The notes beneath the pieces are model-generated. The model saw only the letters and a program-made list of their open reading frames with translations. It was not told the origin of the DNA and searched no databases. Below are positions 51,250 through 64,000 of a stretch of 64,000 nt of DNA, piece by piece. The position numbers and the translations under genes were made by a program. How positions within the stretch are numbered: the first letter of the stretch is position 1; each line of letters begins with the position of its first letter. Source of the stretch: Microbotryum violaceum (taxonomy: Eukaryota); assembly GCA_001244265.2 (NCBI GenBank), contig CDLV01000005.1, positions 1,116,001-1,180,000 of the forward strand, in the 5' to 3' direction.

Positions 51250-52620
51250 ATGCCCAACCCTGCAGCATGGAACGCCGTGTTGGAGCAATACGCACGTTTA
51301 CACAATCCTGAATGCGAATTGCCCAAAGGCGTTCACCTCTTGTCCGATTCGAAATGGTCAGTCTACGAAGCAATCATCGCCGGCAGTGGGGGAAACCCCG
51401 GGAGAGCGAAAATCTCAAACAAGTGGGGGGGTTATGTCTGCGCATCCGGTGCTGTGCAGTGTGACCATCTTTGATGGCTACGAAAAGGCCAAATACCACT
51501 TTCTCGTCATGCGTACGTGCCCTCAGTGCTCCCCCTTCGTTCTGCCCCAACTCGACACTGATCATCCATACCCCTCTGCCAACTCTGACAGCGAGGTATC
51601 CATTTCCTCTCGAGTCAAGTTCCAGTCCAAGCTCGGCCTCAACCTCAACCTCAATCTCCGTCCCCTCATCGCACCTCACCTCCCTCGAAGCACTGCGCAA
51701 ATCGCCGTACTGTCTCCGCGTTCTTCATGCGTTGCAAGAACAGGCACGACAAGTCCAGGTCGGTCCTTGATCTCGTTCACCGGAGACCGCAGCTGACCTT
51801 TTCTGCGCGCTGTTCACAGGAGATGATCGAGGAAGAGATGCTCAAGAAGGAAGGCTGGAAATGGCCGATTCATATCGGGTTCCATGCTAGGGAATCCATG
51901 AGGTGAGCTCAGCGATAATATCTGACCTCTTCACTTTTACTGTTTTGGCTCAACCGCGGTCATGTGCAACTTCAGACACGTACATCTACACGTCATCTCT
52001 TCGGATCTCATTTCGCCTAAACTCAAGAACAAAAAGTGAGTGTGCAGTTTCTCGTGGGTGCTGTGAAGGTTCAGCTTCCCCTGCAAGCTTTGTTATTCTC
52101 CGGAACCCCTTGACGCCTTCCTCGAACTCTCGCGCAAAAGGCACTACAATTCCTTCCACCCTTCACTCGGCTTCTTCCTCCACCTCACCAAAGTGATCGA
52201 GCAAGTTGAAGCTTCACAAAAAGACACGGTACCTACATTATCCCATCCTTTTCAGGGACTATCGAATCGCGACGACCAACGAAGGAAAAAAAAAAAGGAC
52301 TGACCATCACTGGGTTTTACGTTCAGAACTCGACCAGTTCGTACGAAAACCTTTTAAAGGTACCTCTTCGATCACACTATACGGGTCAGCAATACCCGAC
52401 GATCCCCAAGTTGAAGGTACATTTGGAGGAGGAATGGGAGAGGAGAGGGAAGGAGGAGAAGAGGAGACAAGCATTACCGAACAAGGACGGGATCAAAGCG
52501 CCGTCTGACTCGGAGGAGCGCGATCGAGGCGCTGACTTGGTGCAGGGGAGGGCGAAGAAAGTCAAAGTTGATCGGACCGAGGAGGATGTAGGGGCGAGTA
52601 GTGGTGATGAGACGATTTGA
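51250..52620 (+). CDS. HNT3: Aprataxin-like HIT protein (DNA 5'-adenylate deadenylase)
   Basis: Spliced product contains TIFDGYEKAKYHFLVMPR, IGFHARESMRHVHLHVISSDL (HIT triad), LKNKKHYNSFHP and a C-terminal finger-like region. Confidence 0.92.
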
Positions 52621-52801
52621 ATTGTTGGCATTTGTACGCTTTTTTTTTTTTTTTTTTTTTTTTTTTGAAAGGGTTTGTTTTGGGCTCTAGTACTACACAA
52701 CAAGGTGGGGGTGGACTGGGACGTGATAAAGAGATAAAGAAAGCAGACGAGAAATCAGGGAGAGTGCTGAACGTGTTTGCCGGCGAAGAGTTCAGTTGTC
52801 G

Positions 52802-53506
52802 TCACCAGCTTTGAGTCGGGTCTTTCTTGAACGCTTCGTACAGCTCGCGATTGAAGAAACTGAGTTCGGCTTCGTTCTCTGTTTCGATTCGCAACGAAAC
52901 CCAGACGTGTCAGCGATCAATCATGAGCAAGGTTTGCTGCGATTGGGACGAACCTATCCCGATCGAAGCTAATGTGGCGGAATCGTCGTTGAGGATCCAG
53001 TTTTCGTCGTTATCAAAGTTGATGATGAGATTCGTCGTCTGACGAGTTCGAGGGTGGACTCGAAGTTCAGTCAGCTTTCCACGAAAGGGGTGTGTGTCGA
53101 CGCCGACCTGCGACGTGGGCTCGGTGGAATGGGACTGACTTTGGCTCCATGTGCTACGGTGTAAAGTTTGAGTGTATCTACAACCAGAAACCGCAGACGA
53201 TCAGCATACACCGGCCAAGGTTCCCCGCCCCACCACACCACACTTACCCAACACCGTCGTCCTGAAAGGTTTGAAACCCGTGGCGACCAACACCTGCGCA
53301 CGACACAACTCCTTCAACCCTCCGACGGTCATCGTTGTAGCATCGATGTGAGGGAGGAGCAGGTTCTTGGTGGTTCGGTAGGTGAAGGATTTGATGATGC
53401 GGATGGTCAGGAACACGTCGGTCAACGGTCGGAGGGTGTTGGTTAGGGCTTCGTGGGGGGTGGTGGAGGAAGTAGAATGGATCTCGTGGTCTGCGGATTC
53501 GGACAT
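52802..53506 (-). CDS. AIM29: UPF0538/DUF2340 family protein (C2orf76 homologue)
   Basis: LTNTLRP..LTIRIIKSFTYR, GFKPFR, DTLKLYTVAHGAK, TNLIINFD, ENEAELSFFNRELYEAFK..W. Confidence 0.9.
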
Positions 53507-54066
53507 GGCGATGAAACAGGAATCTAGCCAAGTGGGGTATTGGGGGTGAAGGTTGCGAGGAAGGAGCGATGCGATGCGATGCGCTACGATCGGCTTGCGC
53601 TCCTCCGCGCCGAATGGATTAATAATCCGCCGATTAATCCGCCAGGCCCGGCGTTCCTGAAAGCAGCGCTTTAGCTTGAAAAAGTGATCGACAGCTGAGA
53701 GACCCGTCACCTCCAGAGGACCGACAAGGTGCTATGTGACGATCACCTTGTTCTTACAATATCAAAGAGTTCAACATCAGAGAGAAAAAAATGGAAATTG
53801 GGTCTTCCCCCCTCAGCACGACCTCGCCAGTGCTCAGGAAACTTGAAGGACTAGGCTGATCTCGGATGTCTCTTTTCACGTTTTGGGCAGGAGAGCGCGC
53901 GCGAGAAATCGGGCATGAGCACGCGTCACGCCGTTTCGCTTCCCTTAGACAGATCCTCTCTCCCTTCCAAGACAGAGCGTCCCCCAAGTTGGAGCCGAGC
54001 CGAGCCGAGCCGAGCCCCCAATCCGCCACCAGTCATCGGCGTATACAGAGTGTACACTAGCTCGTG

Positions 54067-56739
<2,673 letters not shown>

Positions 56740-56777
56740 TAGCTTGCGCGCGCCTAGAACCTCCCTTGGCTTTCGCC

Positions 56778-56857
56778 AGCTCACTGACCCGAGGTTCTAG
56801 GTGGGTACCCCTTTTCTCATATGTGTAGTATGCTAGCTCACTGACCCGAGGTTCTAG
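56778..56857. repeat. Exact 23-bp direct repeat (AGCTCACTGACCCGAGGTTCTAG x2) with an 11-bp inverted copy upstream
   Basis: Copies at 56778-56800 and 56835-56857; CCTAGAACCTC at 56753-56763 is the reverse complement of 56791-56801. Confidence 0.9.
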
Positions 56858-57081
56858 TGAATTACTATTGTTTGATCCTATCTATCGTTCTGGAGTACCG
56901 CTGCACGCGGTGCTTCCAATAGTCGGCTGCGGCGCGTTTCCGACGACCTTTCCTTTTGGCCTTTTGGCGCGAGTGTAGCTCTCCGTAGTGTTTGTTCTTT
57001 TTCGTACATCCTGCATTCGCATACTACTAATAGACACTTGCAACCGAGCCTTTAACAGCCATCCTACGAGAGCCCCTCATT

Positions 57082-57389
57082 TCAGGCCCATCCATCCAAC
57101 CGTCCCGCCTCGCTAACCGTCCTCCCCGTCCCAACTCCCAATCCCCACACCTCATTTCTCAACATCTCCTCGACAATTTCCGCAATCGCCAACGAACTCG
57201 TCAATCCGGGACTTTCGATCCCTGTCAATGAGATAAAGCCTGGTTGAGGGTGGGTGATGGAGAAGTCGGCGGCGGGGTCGCCTTGGCGGGATAATTTGGG
57301 GCGGATGCCGGTATCTTTTTGGGAATGAAGAGAGACTCTGTATCAGCTTCACGAGAATTTCCCCCTCGTAGGAAGCCTTTGCTTCCCCC

Positions 57390-57428
<39 letters not shown>

Positions 57429-59140
57429 TAATTCCCGACTCACAATCTGGAGCAAAACCTCCGACCTCCACCCCCGGTAAGAACTTCCTCACCTCCTCAA
57501 TCGCCAACCCCATCCTCTCCTCGTCGACTGCCAAATGTTTCTCCCAATAATCCAAGCTCTCCACATCTCCTACTTCTTTGGGAGGTTCGATCCAATTGAT
57601 GTCGGGTCCGAAACGCATCTCGTTATCAAGATTCATGGTCAGGTGAGTTCCGAGACCTCCGAGGGTGCGTGGGTCCGGACTGGGGTATATGAGGTGGCGA
57701 ATCGAGGACGTGCCGGGGCCTCGATCTGGTGGGGTTGAGGGGAAGAGGGTTCAGTGAGGGGCGGAGTAAAGGATGAGGATTTGGAGCTGAGACTGACACG
57801 AGTAGTAGTTTCCTTTAGCGTATCGGACCTCAAGTTGCTCTGAATCGGGAAGGATCTGGTTGACGAGGTGGTGCGCACTGCACCGTCGAGATCGAAGAAA
57901 CGCCCCGATGAACCTCCAAACCCTAACCTTCACTCCAAGTCCAATCCGAAAGCAACGCACCTCAAACCGGCGGCATTAATCACGACTTTGGCCAACACCG
58001 CCGATCTCTCCCCTTCCCCTCCTTTCCCATCGGCCGTAACCGTCTGCACGACCCACCCGTCCTCCGATCCATCGCCTCTCTTCCCGCGTTTGTTCGGCGC
58101 TTCAGCTCGATCAATCCGCACGACCCGAGTTCCATACACAAGTTCGCCCGTATCACTATCCACAATAGCTAGTGAAACGAGCAAGGGAGTGCACTGAGTC
58201 ATCACTCGAAGGGATCAAGCCGTGCGTCCCCGGACTCACTCTTCTCCATCGCCTCCATCAACGAATGACTATCGACGATGCCCGTCTCAGAACTGCTCAA
58301 ACCCCCTAAGACCCCCTCTCCCAAATCCGGTTCCAACTCTCTCAACTCATCCCCCTTCTTCCATCCCAAAGGGACCTTCCCCCCCAACTTGTCCGCTTTC
58401 TTGACCAAGCCTTCCAAGTAGGGAATCTGGTCTTTGGACGTCGCGACGATGAGTTTGCCGGTCTTGCGATAAGGTATGGAACTGGCTTGACAGCGCTTGT
58501 AGAGGAGTTGCCGACCGCGGATGCAGAGGGAGGTTTTGAGCGAGTCAGAGGGGTAGTAGATTCCAGAATGAATGCTGTTATGGCCAGAGTCAGAGAGGCA
58601 TGATTAATCGCACGCGAGTTGAGGAGCGGATCGAGGTAACGTACACTTCCGAGTTGCGCGATGAAGTTTCTTGGCCTGCTTGACCGTGTCTGCCAGCGTA
58701 GCGTAAAAAGGATAAGACTCGGCTCAAGTACATCACACCACCCTTTTGTGTACGGCTACATTGCCATCCCCCTCAACCCACAACGCACCGCTCCACGACG
58801 AATGTCGTCCTCTCCGCGAACTTGTTGACCAACCTCTCCGCTACAGCTAGACCCTGCCCATACAACCAAACCCCACCGCAAATAAGCAAAGTCATCCAAC
58901 TCGAACCCAAACATTCCCAAGCCCCACCCGAGCGCGGCGAGACGAGCCAAGCCTCATCACTCGTGACCTCGAGTCAACCTTCGTGTGGGGTAAAGTAAAC
59001 CAGCGAGCGCGAGCGCTGGACTTCGTCGTTCTCGGCGGCGGCCGCGGACTCACTACGACTCCAGCGCCGACTACGAGATGGGAGACTTGTAATTCCGGAG
59101 CGAGGAACGGGTACCGCTTTCTTAGGACAGCCCCGGCCAT
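57082..59140 (-). CDS. L-2-hydroxyglutarate dehydrogenase-like FAD-dependent oxidoreductase
   Basis: [77 protein letters not shown]. Confidence 0.92.
57392..57427. repeat. (AT)n microsatellite in an intron of the oxidoreductase gene
   Basis: Uninterrupted AT dinucleotide run. Confidence 0.95.
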
Positions 59141-59682
59141 GGTGAGGCGTGCGGGTCAGGCGCCTGGGTACGTTTCGCTCGGTCGCTGCGATGGGAGTTC
59201 GAGACGAGGTGGGGGGGAAGAGGAGGAGTGGGTGCGATAAGCCCACGCGCGTGTGGGCAGTGCATTCGGGGGTTCGAACTGGTTCGAGTTCGGCGAATGT
59301 CGGCGACTGCTTCGCAATGTTGTATAGGTCTCTCTTCTCCCTTGATCATACTCGACATACAAGTGCAATTCCCAGTGAAGAAAGAAGGAGAGATCGAAGA
59401 TCAAAGACATGGCGTCCTAAGAGAGAAAAAGGAAAGGGTGTGGAGGAAGGGGAGAGACACGCGACCGATTTGACGACGAGACTTATCTTCTTTCGGATGC
59501 GAAAAAAAGGTTTCGACAGAACGTGCGTGTTTATGCGTAAATGGTTTGTAAGTAGGAGCGATAACAAGCGAAACCACGTTGCTGAGAAGGAGAGGCCCCC
59601 AAAAAAGGACCGCAAAAGAAAGAGAAAAGAAAAGAAAGAGGAACAAATGCGATGCAGCCGCCGAAAGCTCTATACAGGTAAC

Positions 59683-61567
59683 TTATTGACTGATGGGTCA
59701 AGAAAAGAGCATACTTGTCAGTTCGTGTTCAAAACCAAGCGAACCGAACCCGGGAGAAGACGTACTTGGCACATTGCACCTGAGGCCCCGCAGATCCATC
59801 CTCATCCTCATCCATCTGGTCCTCACGCATCGTCTTCGACTTTCGATCGCCAGCATCGACCATCTCGACGTTATCATCAATCATAATCGAATCGGGGAAC
59901 GTTGGCAATTCAGGTCGAGCGGGGAGGATCTTTTCGAGAGGGGCGAGGGTCGAAGGGTCGAGCGAGTCGGGGAATTTGACGTTGATTTGCACGATCAGGT
60001 CACCCATTTCGTGGTGTCGGTACGAAGGCATGCCTTGGTTCGGGATTACCTTGACAGCCCCTGGAGAAATCAGAAGGAATTCATGTGGTCAGTTGAAGTA
60101 GCCTCCACCATCTCGACCCAGATTTGTGCCACAAACTGACCAGGCTTGATGACATCCCCTGGCGGGATCTTGACCAACAACGCACGGTCGTCCAAATGCG
60201 GGATCGCAAAAGCACCACCGCCCAAGGCGGTCAAGAGATCAATCTCAACCTCAGCGTAAAGGTCATCACCACGACGCTTGAACGTGTCGTGCAGCTTCTC
60301 CTCGACGACGATGACGACATCCCCCGGTTCCATGTTGGGTGCCTGATCAGCCTCCCCGTTGAAGGTGATCGTTTGACCTTCCTTCATACCCTTATCAATA
60401 AAGACCTCGAGAACCTTGCGTTCGTTGACAATCTTTTTGCCGTTGCACGTCTTGCAGCGGTCCTTGGCATTGACGATCTCGCCTTCGCCGTTGCACTCGC
60501 TGCAGGTCTGTTGGATCTGTTGCACCATCGGTCCCAATTGGCGCAAGACGACCTTGACACCTTGACCTTGGCACCCTTGGCAGGTCTTGACCGCGCTTTC
60601 TTTCCCTCCCTTGCCCTTGCACTTGGTGCAAAGGACGTGCTTTTGCAACGCCAACTTGGTCGTCTTGCCCTTGTACAAGTCCTCGAGCGAGACCTTGATC
60701 CGGTGCACGAGGTCCTTGCCCTTCTTGGGGCCCGAAGGTCGACCCCCTCGTCCGCCTCCTCCTCCTCCGCCAAAAAAACCTCCTCCACCACCAAAGAGTT
60801 GCGAGAAGAGGTCCTGGGGGTCCATGCCACCCATGCCACCGGCTCCGCCACCGCTGAGACCTTCCTCGCCGTACTGGTCATAGATTCTTCGCTTGTCAGG
60901 GCTGACAGAGGGAAGAGGGAGGGTGGGTCAGTCGAGAGAAGCGTTTGGACGGTGATGATGGAAAACTTACTCTGAAAGGACTTCATAAGCTGTGTTTGAC
61001 GAGCCAGAACCACGAAACGCGCATCAGTACCTACGCGACGACCGATCCGGCGCTGAGTAAGCCGAGACTGACCATGACTGCACGCCTTGAATTCGTCAGC
61101 TCCTGCGGGGTTCTTGTCGGGGTGCAATTGCAGAGCCTGAGGGAAGGGGAGCAACCAAACACGTCAGCGGGTTGTTCCATATGGCGTGGACGTGATGTGC
61201 TGGTATCGTGCGGGTGCGTAATCGCGTAACGATGGAAGCCGGAAGCCCGAGCGCCGAACACAGACAGAAAGCGCCGAGGACGATGGGGAAAAAGTGGAGG
61301 CGACGAATCTTCCTCGACCAGGTCCAGGTAGTTGACAAAGTCTCGTACACGATTCTACAATGCTCCTCTCTACGTCCGCAACATGGAGAAAAAGCTGCCC
61401 CCTGCCGACCACGGACTGCGATGCTCATAGAACTCAAACTCTCTCCGGTGCTCAGCAGCTCAGCAACGTACCTTCTTCCTGTAAGCCTTCTTCAAGTCGG
61501 CCTCGGACGCCGAAGGGTCGACGCCCAAGGTCTCGTACAACCCGGTGTGTTTTCCGCCTCGGTTCAT
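59683..61567 (-). CDS. YDJ1: Type I Hsp40/DnaJ chaperone Ydj1/Mas5
   Basis: J domain (LKKAYRKK / ALQLHPDKNP), G/F-rich region, CxxCxGxG repeats, C-terminal CaaX CANQ formed across the last intron. Confidence 0.95.
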
Positions 61568-62154
61568 GTTGGGTGTGGTTGATTATGGGTAGGATGGGGG
61601 TCGTGAGCAACTCGCGAGTGGAGGGTATTACTGCGAACGCTGCAAATCCGATGGAGCAGCGGCTTGCGAGACGGGAGCGCGAAGTGGCCTTTCTAGAGCT
61701 TTGAAAGCTTGCGGGTTGGAGCGGGGTAAGGTTTTGTACGTGTTTTTTTTTCGTTCTTTGAGGGGGCGTCTGATCGACGACGGAGTTCGACGAGAGTGCT
61801 GTGTTTGGCGGGTGATGTAGGTGAGTGTGTGCGAAAGAGGGAGAAGCGTGCCCGGGTGATGGCCGAACGAGTGGGTGGGTCGCGCCAAGGGCCATGGAGG
61901 GCCATGGAATCACAAAGAAGGATTTCGTCCGTTGCCGCGCATGCGCCCGCTCGCGCCCGCTCTCGCCCGCTCTCGCCCGCTTGCGTCTGCTTGCGCCAGG
62001 CATTAGGTGAGGTTGCGCTTGGACCCATCCATGTGCACGCCACTGCGCGATCAGGATCGATCAGGGGCGCACTCATGGCCTCGGCTCGTGTTCCGCCGCC
62101 GCCGCCGCACCTGACCACCCAGTCCAGTCCTCCATCCCGCTCAGCGATTACAGA

Positions 62155-62904
62155 ATGGCCCCACCCAAGAGCGACCGCTTCATCGCCTCTGACGACGAGC
62201 TCGACGATGATCTAGATGCAGGATATGGGACCAAGAAGGTCGGTTTGCGCTTGACATCACGTATTGACGCGCATCGTAGTTGACCCCGCCTCGTCCTTCA
62301 TCATCACAGTCGAGTAAGAAGGCGCAGGGGAAGAAGAAGGCTACTCCTACCAAGAAGACGGCAAAACGAAAGTCGAAGAGCTCCGACAATGATGACGAAG
62401 ATGAGGAAGACGATGACGACGATGAGGAAGACGACGAGGACGAGGCTGAAGAGACCGACGAAGACGAGGACGAGAACGAAAAACCCAAGAGGAAGAAGCA
62501 AAAAAATACCTCTAGCTCAAGTGGAGGGATGCTCAAGAACGACTCGGGTGAACGCTACGTCGTGTTGGGCAACAACAAGCGCGTGACGGTGCGCAAGTTT
62601 AACAAGGCCAAGCTGATTGACATTCGAGAGGTACGCTCGCTCATTGACGGATCGTTAAAGTTTCCTCGACCCCAATCTCACTAGAGCTGATTTCTGGACG
62701 GAAATCCATCGCTCAGACCTACGACAAAGATGGCAAGACGGGTCTACCGGGCAAGAAGGGCATCTCGCTCTCGCCAGAGCTGTGGGAGAAGCTCAAGGCC
62801 TCGATCGCCGACGTCAGTGCTCGCCGAACAGCACCGATTGGCTTTCAATCTCGCTCAACTGACTTTGGCTTCTTTAGATCGATGCGGCTATTGGAGCACT
62901 ATGA
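62155..62904 (+). CDS. SUB1: Transcriptional coactivator PC4/Sub1
   Basis: Acidic/basic N-terminus, then KRVTVRKFNKAKLIDIRE/TYDKDG..LPGKKGISLS..W. Confidence 0.9.
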
Positions 62905-63771
62905 TTTTGGGGCATTTTGAGGGACGTCGGGCGTCGTCTTGGACATCGATTGGTCAGGGATTCCGATTGGCACCTTTGCATCGAGGAAAACCCTTGGAGC
63001 AGATTGGCGATGATCGCCGCAGAAACGAATAATTTTGGATTATGACCGACACTTGGGGGCTAATTATAATATGACTGTCTTGTTGCGCGGAACGCCGTTC
63101 GAGCAGCATGAGCAAAATCATGCACTAACTTTATTTCCGAGTCCAATGCACGAGCCAAGGGGAGTGACAAAGTGCGAAGGGTCTCGCAGTACAGTCTTTT
63201 TTAACGGCGAATTGAAATGATATAATGAGAGACTGTCGAGAACACATCGCACTCTTTCGTCTAGAGGGATCACACAAGCTCGGCCGATTCTCCCCCGCCG
63301 AAATTCACCCAAAGAGGTCCGTGCGAGTCAGCGGTGCGCATGCGATCGCCCGACTTGCAGCTTGCAGCCAAGCCAATGGGGCCACCACGACTTGTTGACC
63401 CTGCACCTTCCCCCGTCGTCGTAGTTCATCCGTTTCCGGTGCGTTGAGCCCACCCACGTACCTTGCTGACCGTGTACTCGATTGCTGATTCTGTTGTACC
63501 CTCTCACTCGTCTCGTTGTCCTGCTCGTGCGCCGTCGTTTTCCTGCCCGCCGGTCGTCTCTCCCGTCGCCTGGCTCGCTCTCGCCGCCCCGGCCGGGCCC
63601 ACACCACACGAAACTCGCACCTCGCACCCGCCTGCGCCCGCCTGCCAAAAACTCGAAATCGCCTTACGCCCACGACCCACTTGGCCCATCTGACGCCCTC
63701 CTGGCAACCCAACCCACCCTCCAACCCTCACCTTGACCATCTCTTCAGCCCACCCCTCAAGTAAAACAACC

Positions 63772-64000
63772 ATGTCGTCTTCCAAGGTCCGCGCGAGCGA
63801 GTTGCAGAGCAAGAAGCGCGACGAGTTGCTCAAGCAATTGGACGAGCTCAAGACGGAGCTCGTCTCGCTGCGTGTGCAAAAGATCACCGGCGGCAACGCG
63901 TCCAAGTTGTTGCGAATGTGAGTTGGACTCTCGTTGGTTTGGATTGGATTGCAGCCGGTGTTGGATCCGAGTGCTTGGATGCACGATTCGGTCGACGACG
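63772..64000 (+). CDS. RPL35: 60S ribosomal protein L35 (uL29), first exon; gene truncated by window end
   Basis: [37 protein letters not shown]; donor GTGAGT at 63918. Confidence 0.95.

Noticed and set aside
56778..56857. CRISPR-like repeat-spacer-repeat (23 bp / 34 bp)
   Set aside because: Only two repeats, eukaryotic context and no cas genes; better explained as a local duplication or intron.
59271..59290. Tandem GGTTCGA B-box-like words as a tRNA gene
   Set aside because: No A box, no T-arm pairing and no cloverleaf.

Overview
Gene-dense, intron-rich, GC-rich fungal nuclear DNA, most consistent with a basidiomycete (probably Pucciniomycotina; this is an inference from gene sequences and intron style). 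About 24 spliced protein-coding genes can be reconstructed. Housekeeping genes are SEC16, LCB1, seryl-tRNA synthetase, NPT1, a C2H2/fungal transcription factor, an FHL1-like FHA-forkhead factor, RSA4/Notchless, CDC20, mitochondrial S4 (NAM9), a REX3-like exonuclease, aprataxin, AIM29, an L-2-hydroxyglutarate dehydrogenase-like oxidoreductase, YDJ1, PC4/SUB1 and the start of RPL35. There are also several uncharacterised genes. The accessory-looking part (15.7-23.5 kb) is a tandem array of four diverged, secreted, Cys-patterned, probably GPI-anchored proteins; three share a 13-nt micro-exon, and a degenerate tRNA-like Pol III element sits inside the array. Other notable observations: histone H4- and H3-tail-like motifs inside the FHL1-like factor, a GT64-like glycosyltransferase head-to-head with LCB1, an apparent frameshift in SEC16, an aprataxin zinc finger lacking both cysteines, and a 23-bp direct repeat that looks like a newly gained 3'-UTR intron. 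Coordinates and splice sites were read by eye and need RNA-seq confirmation.
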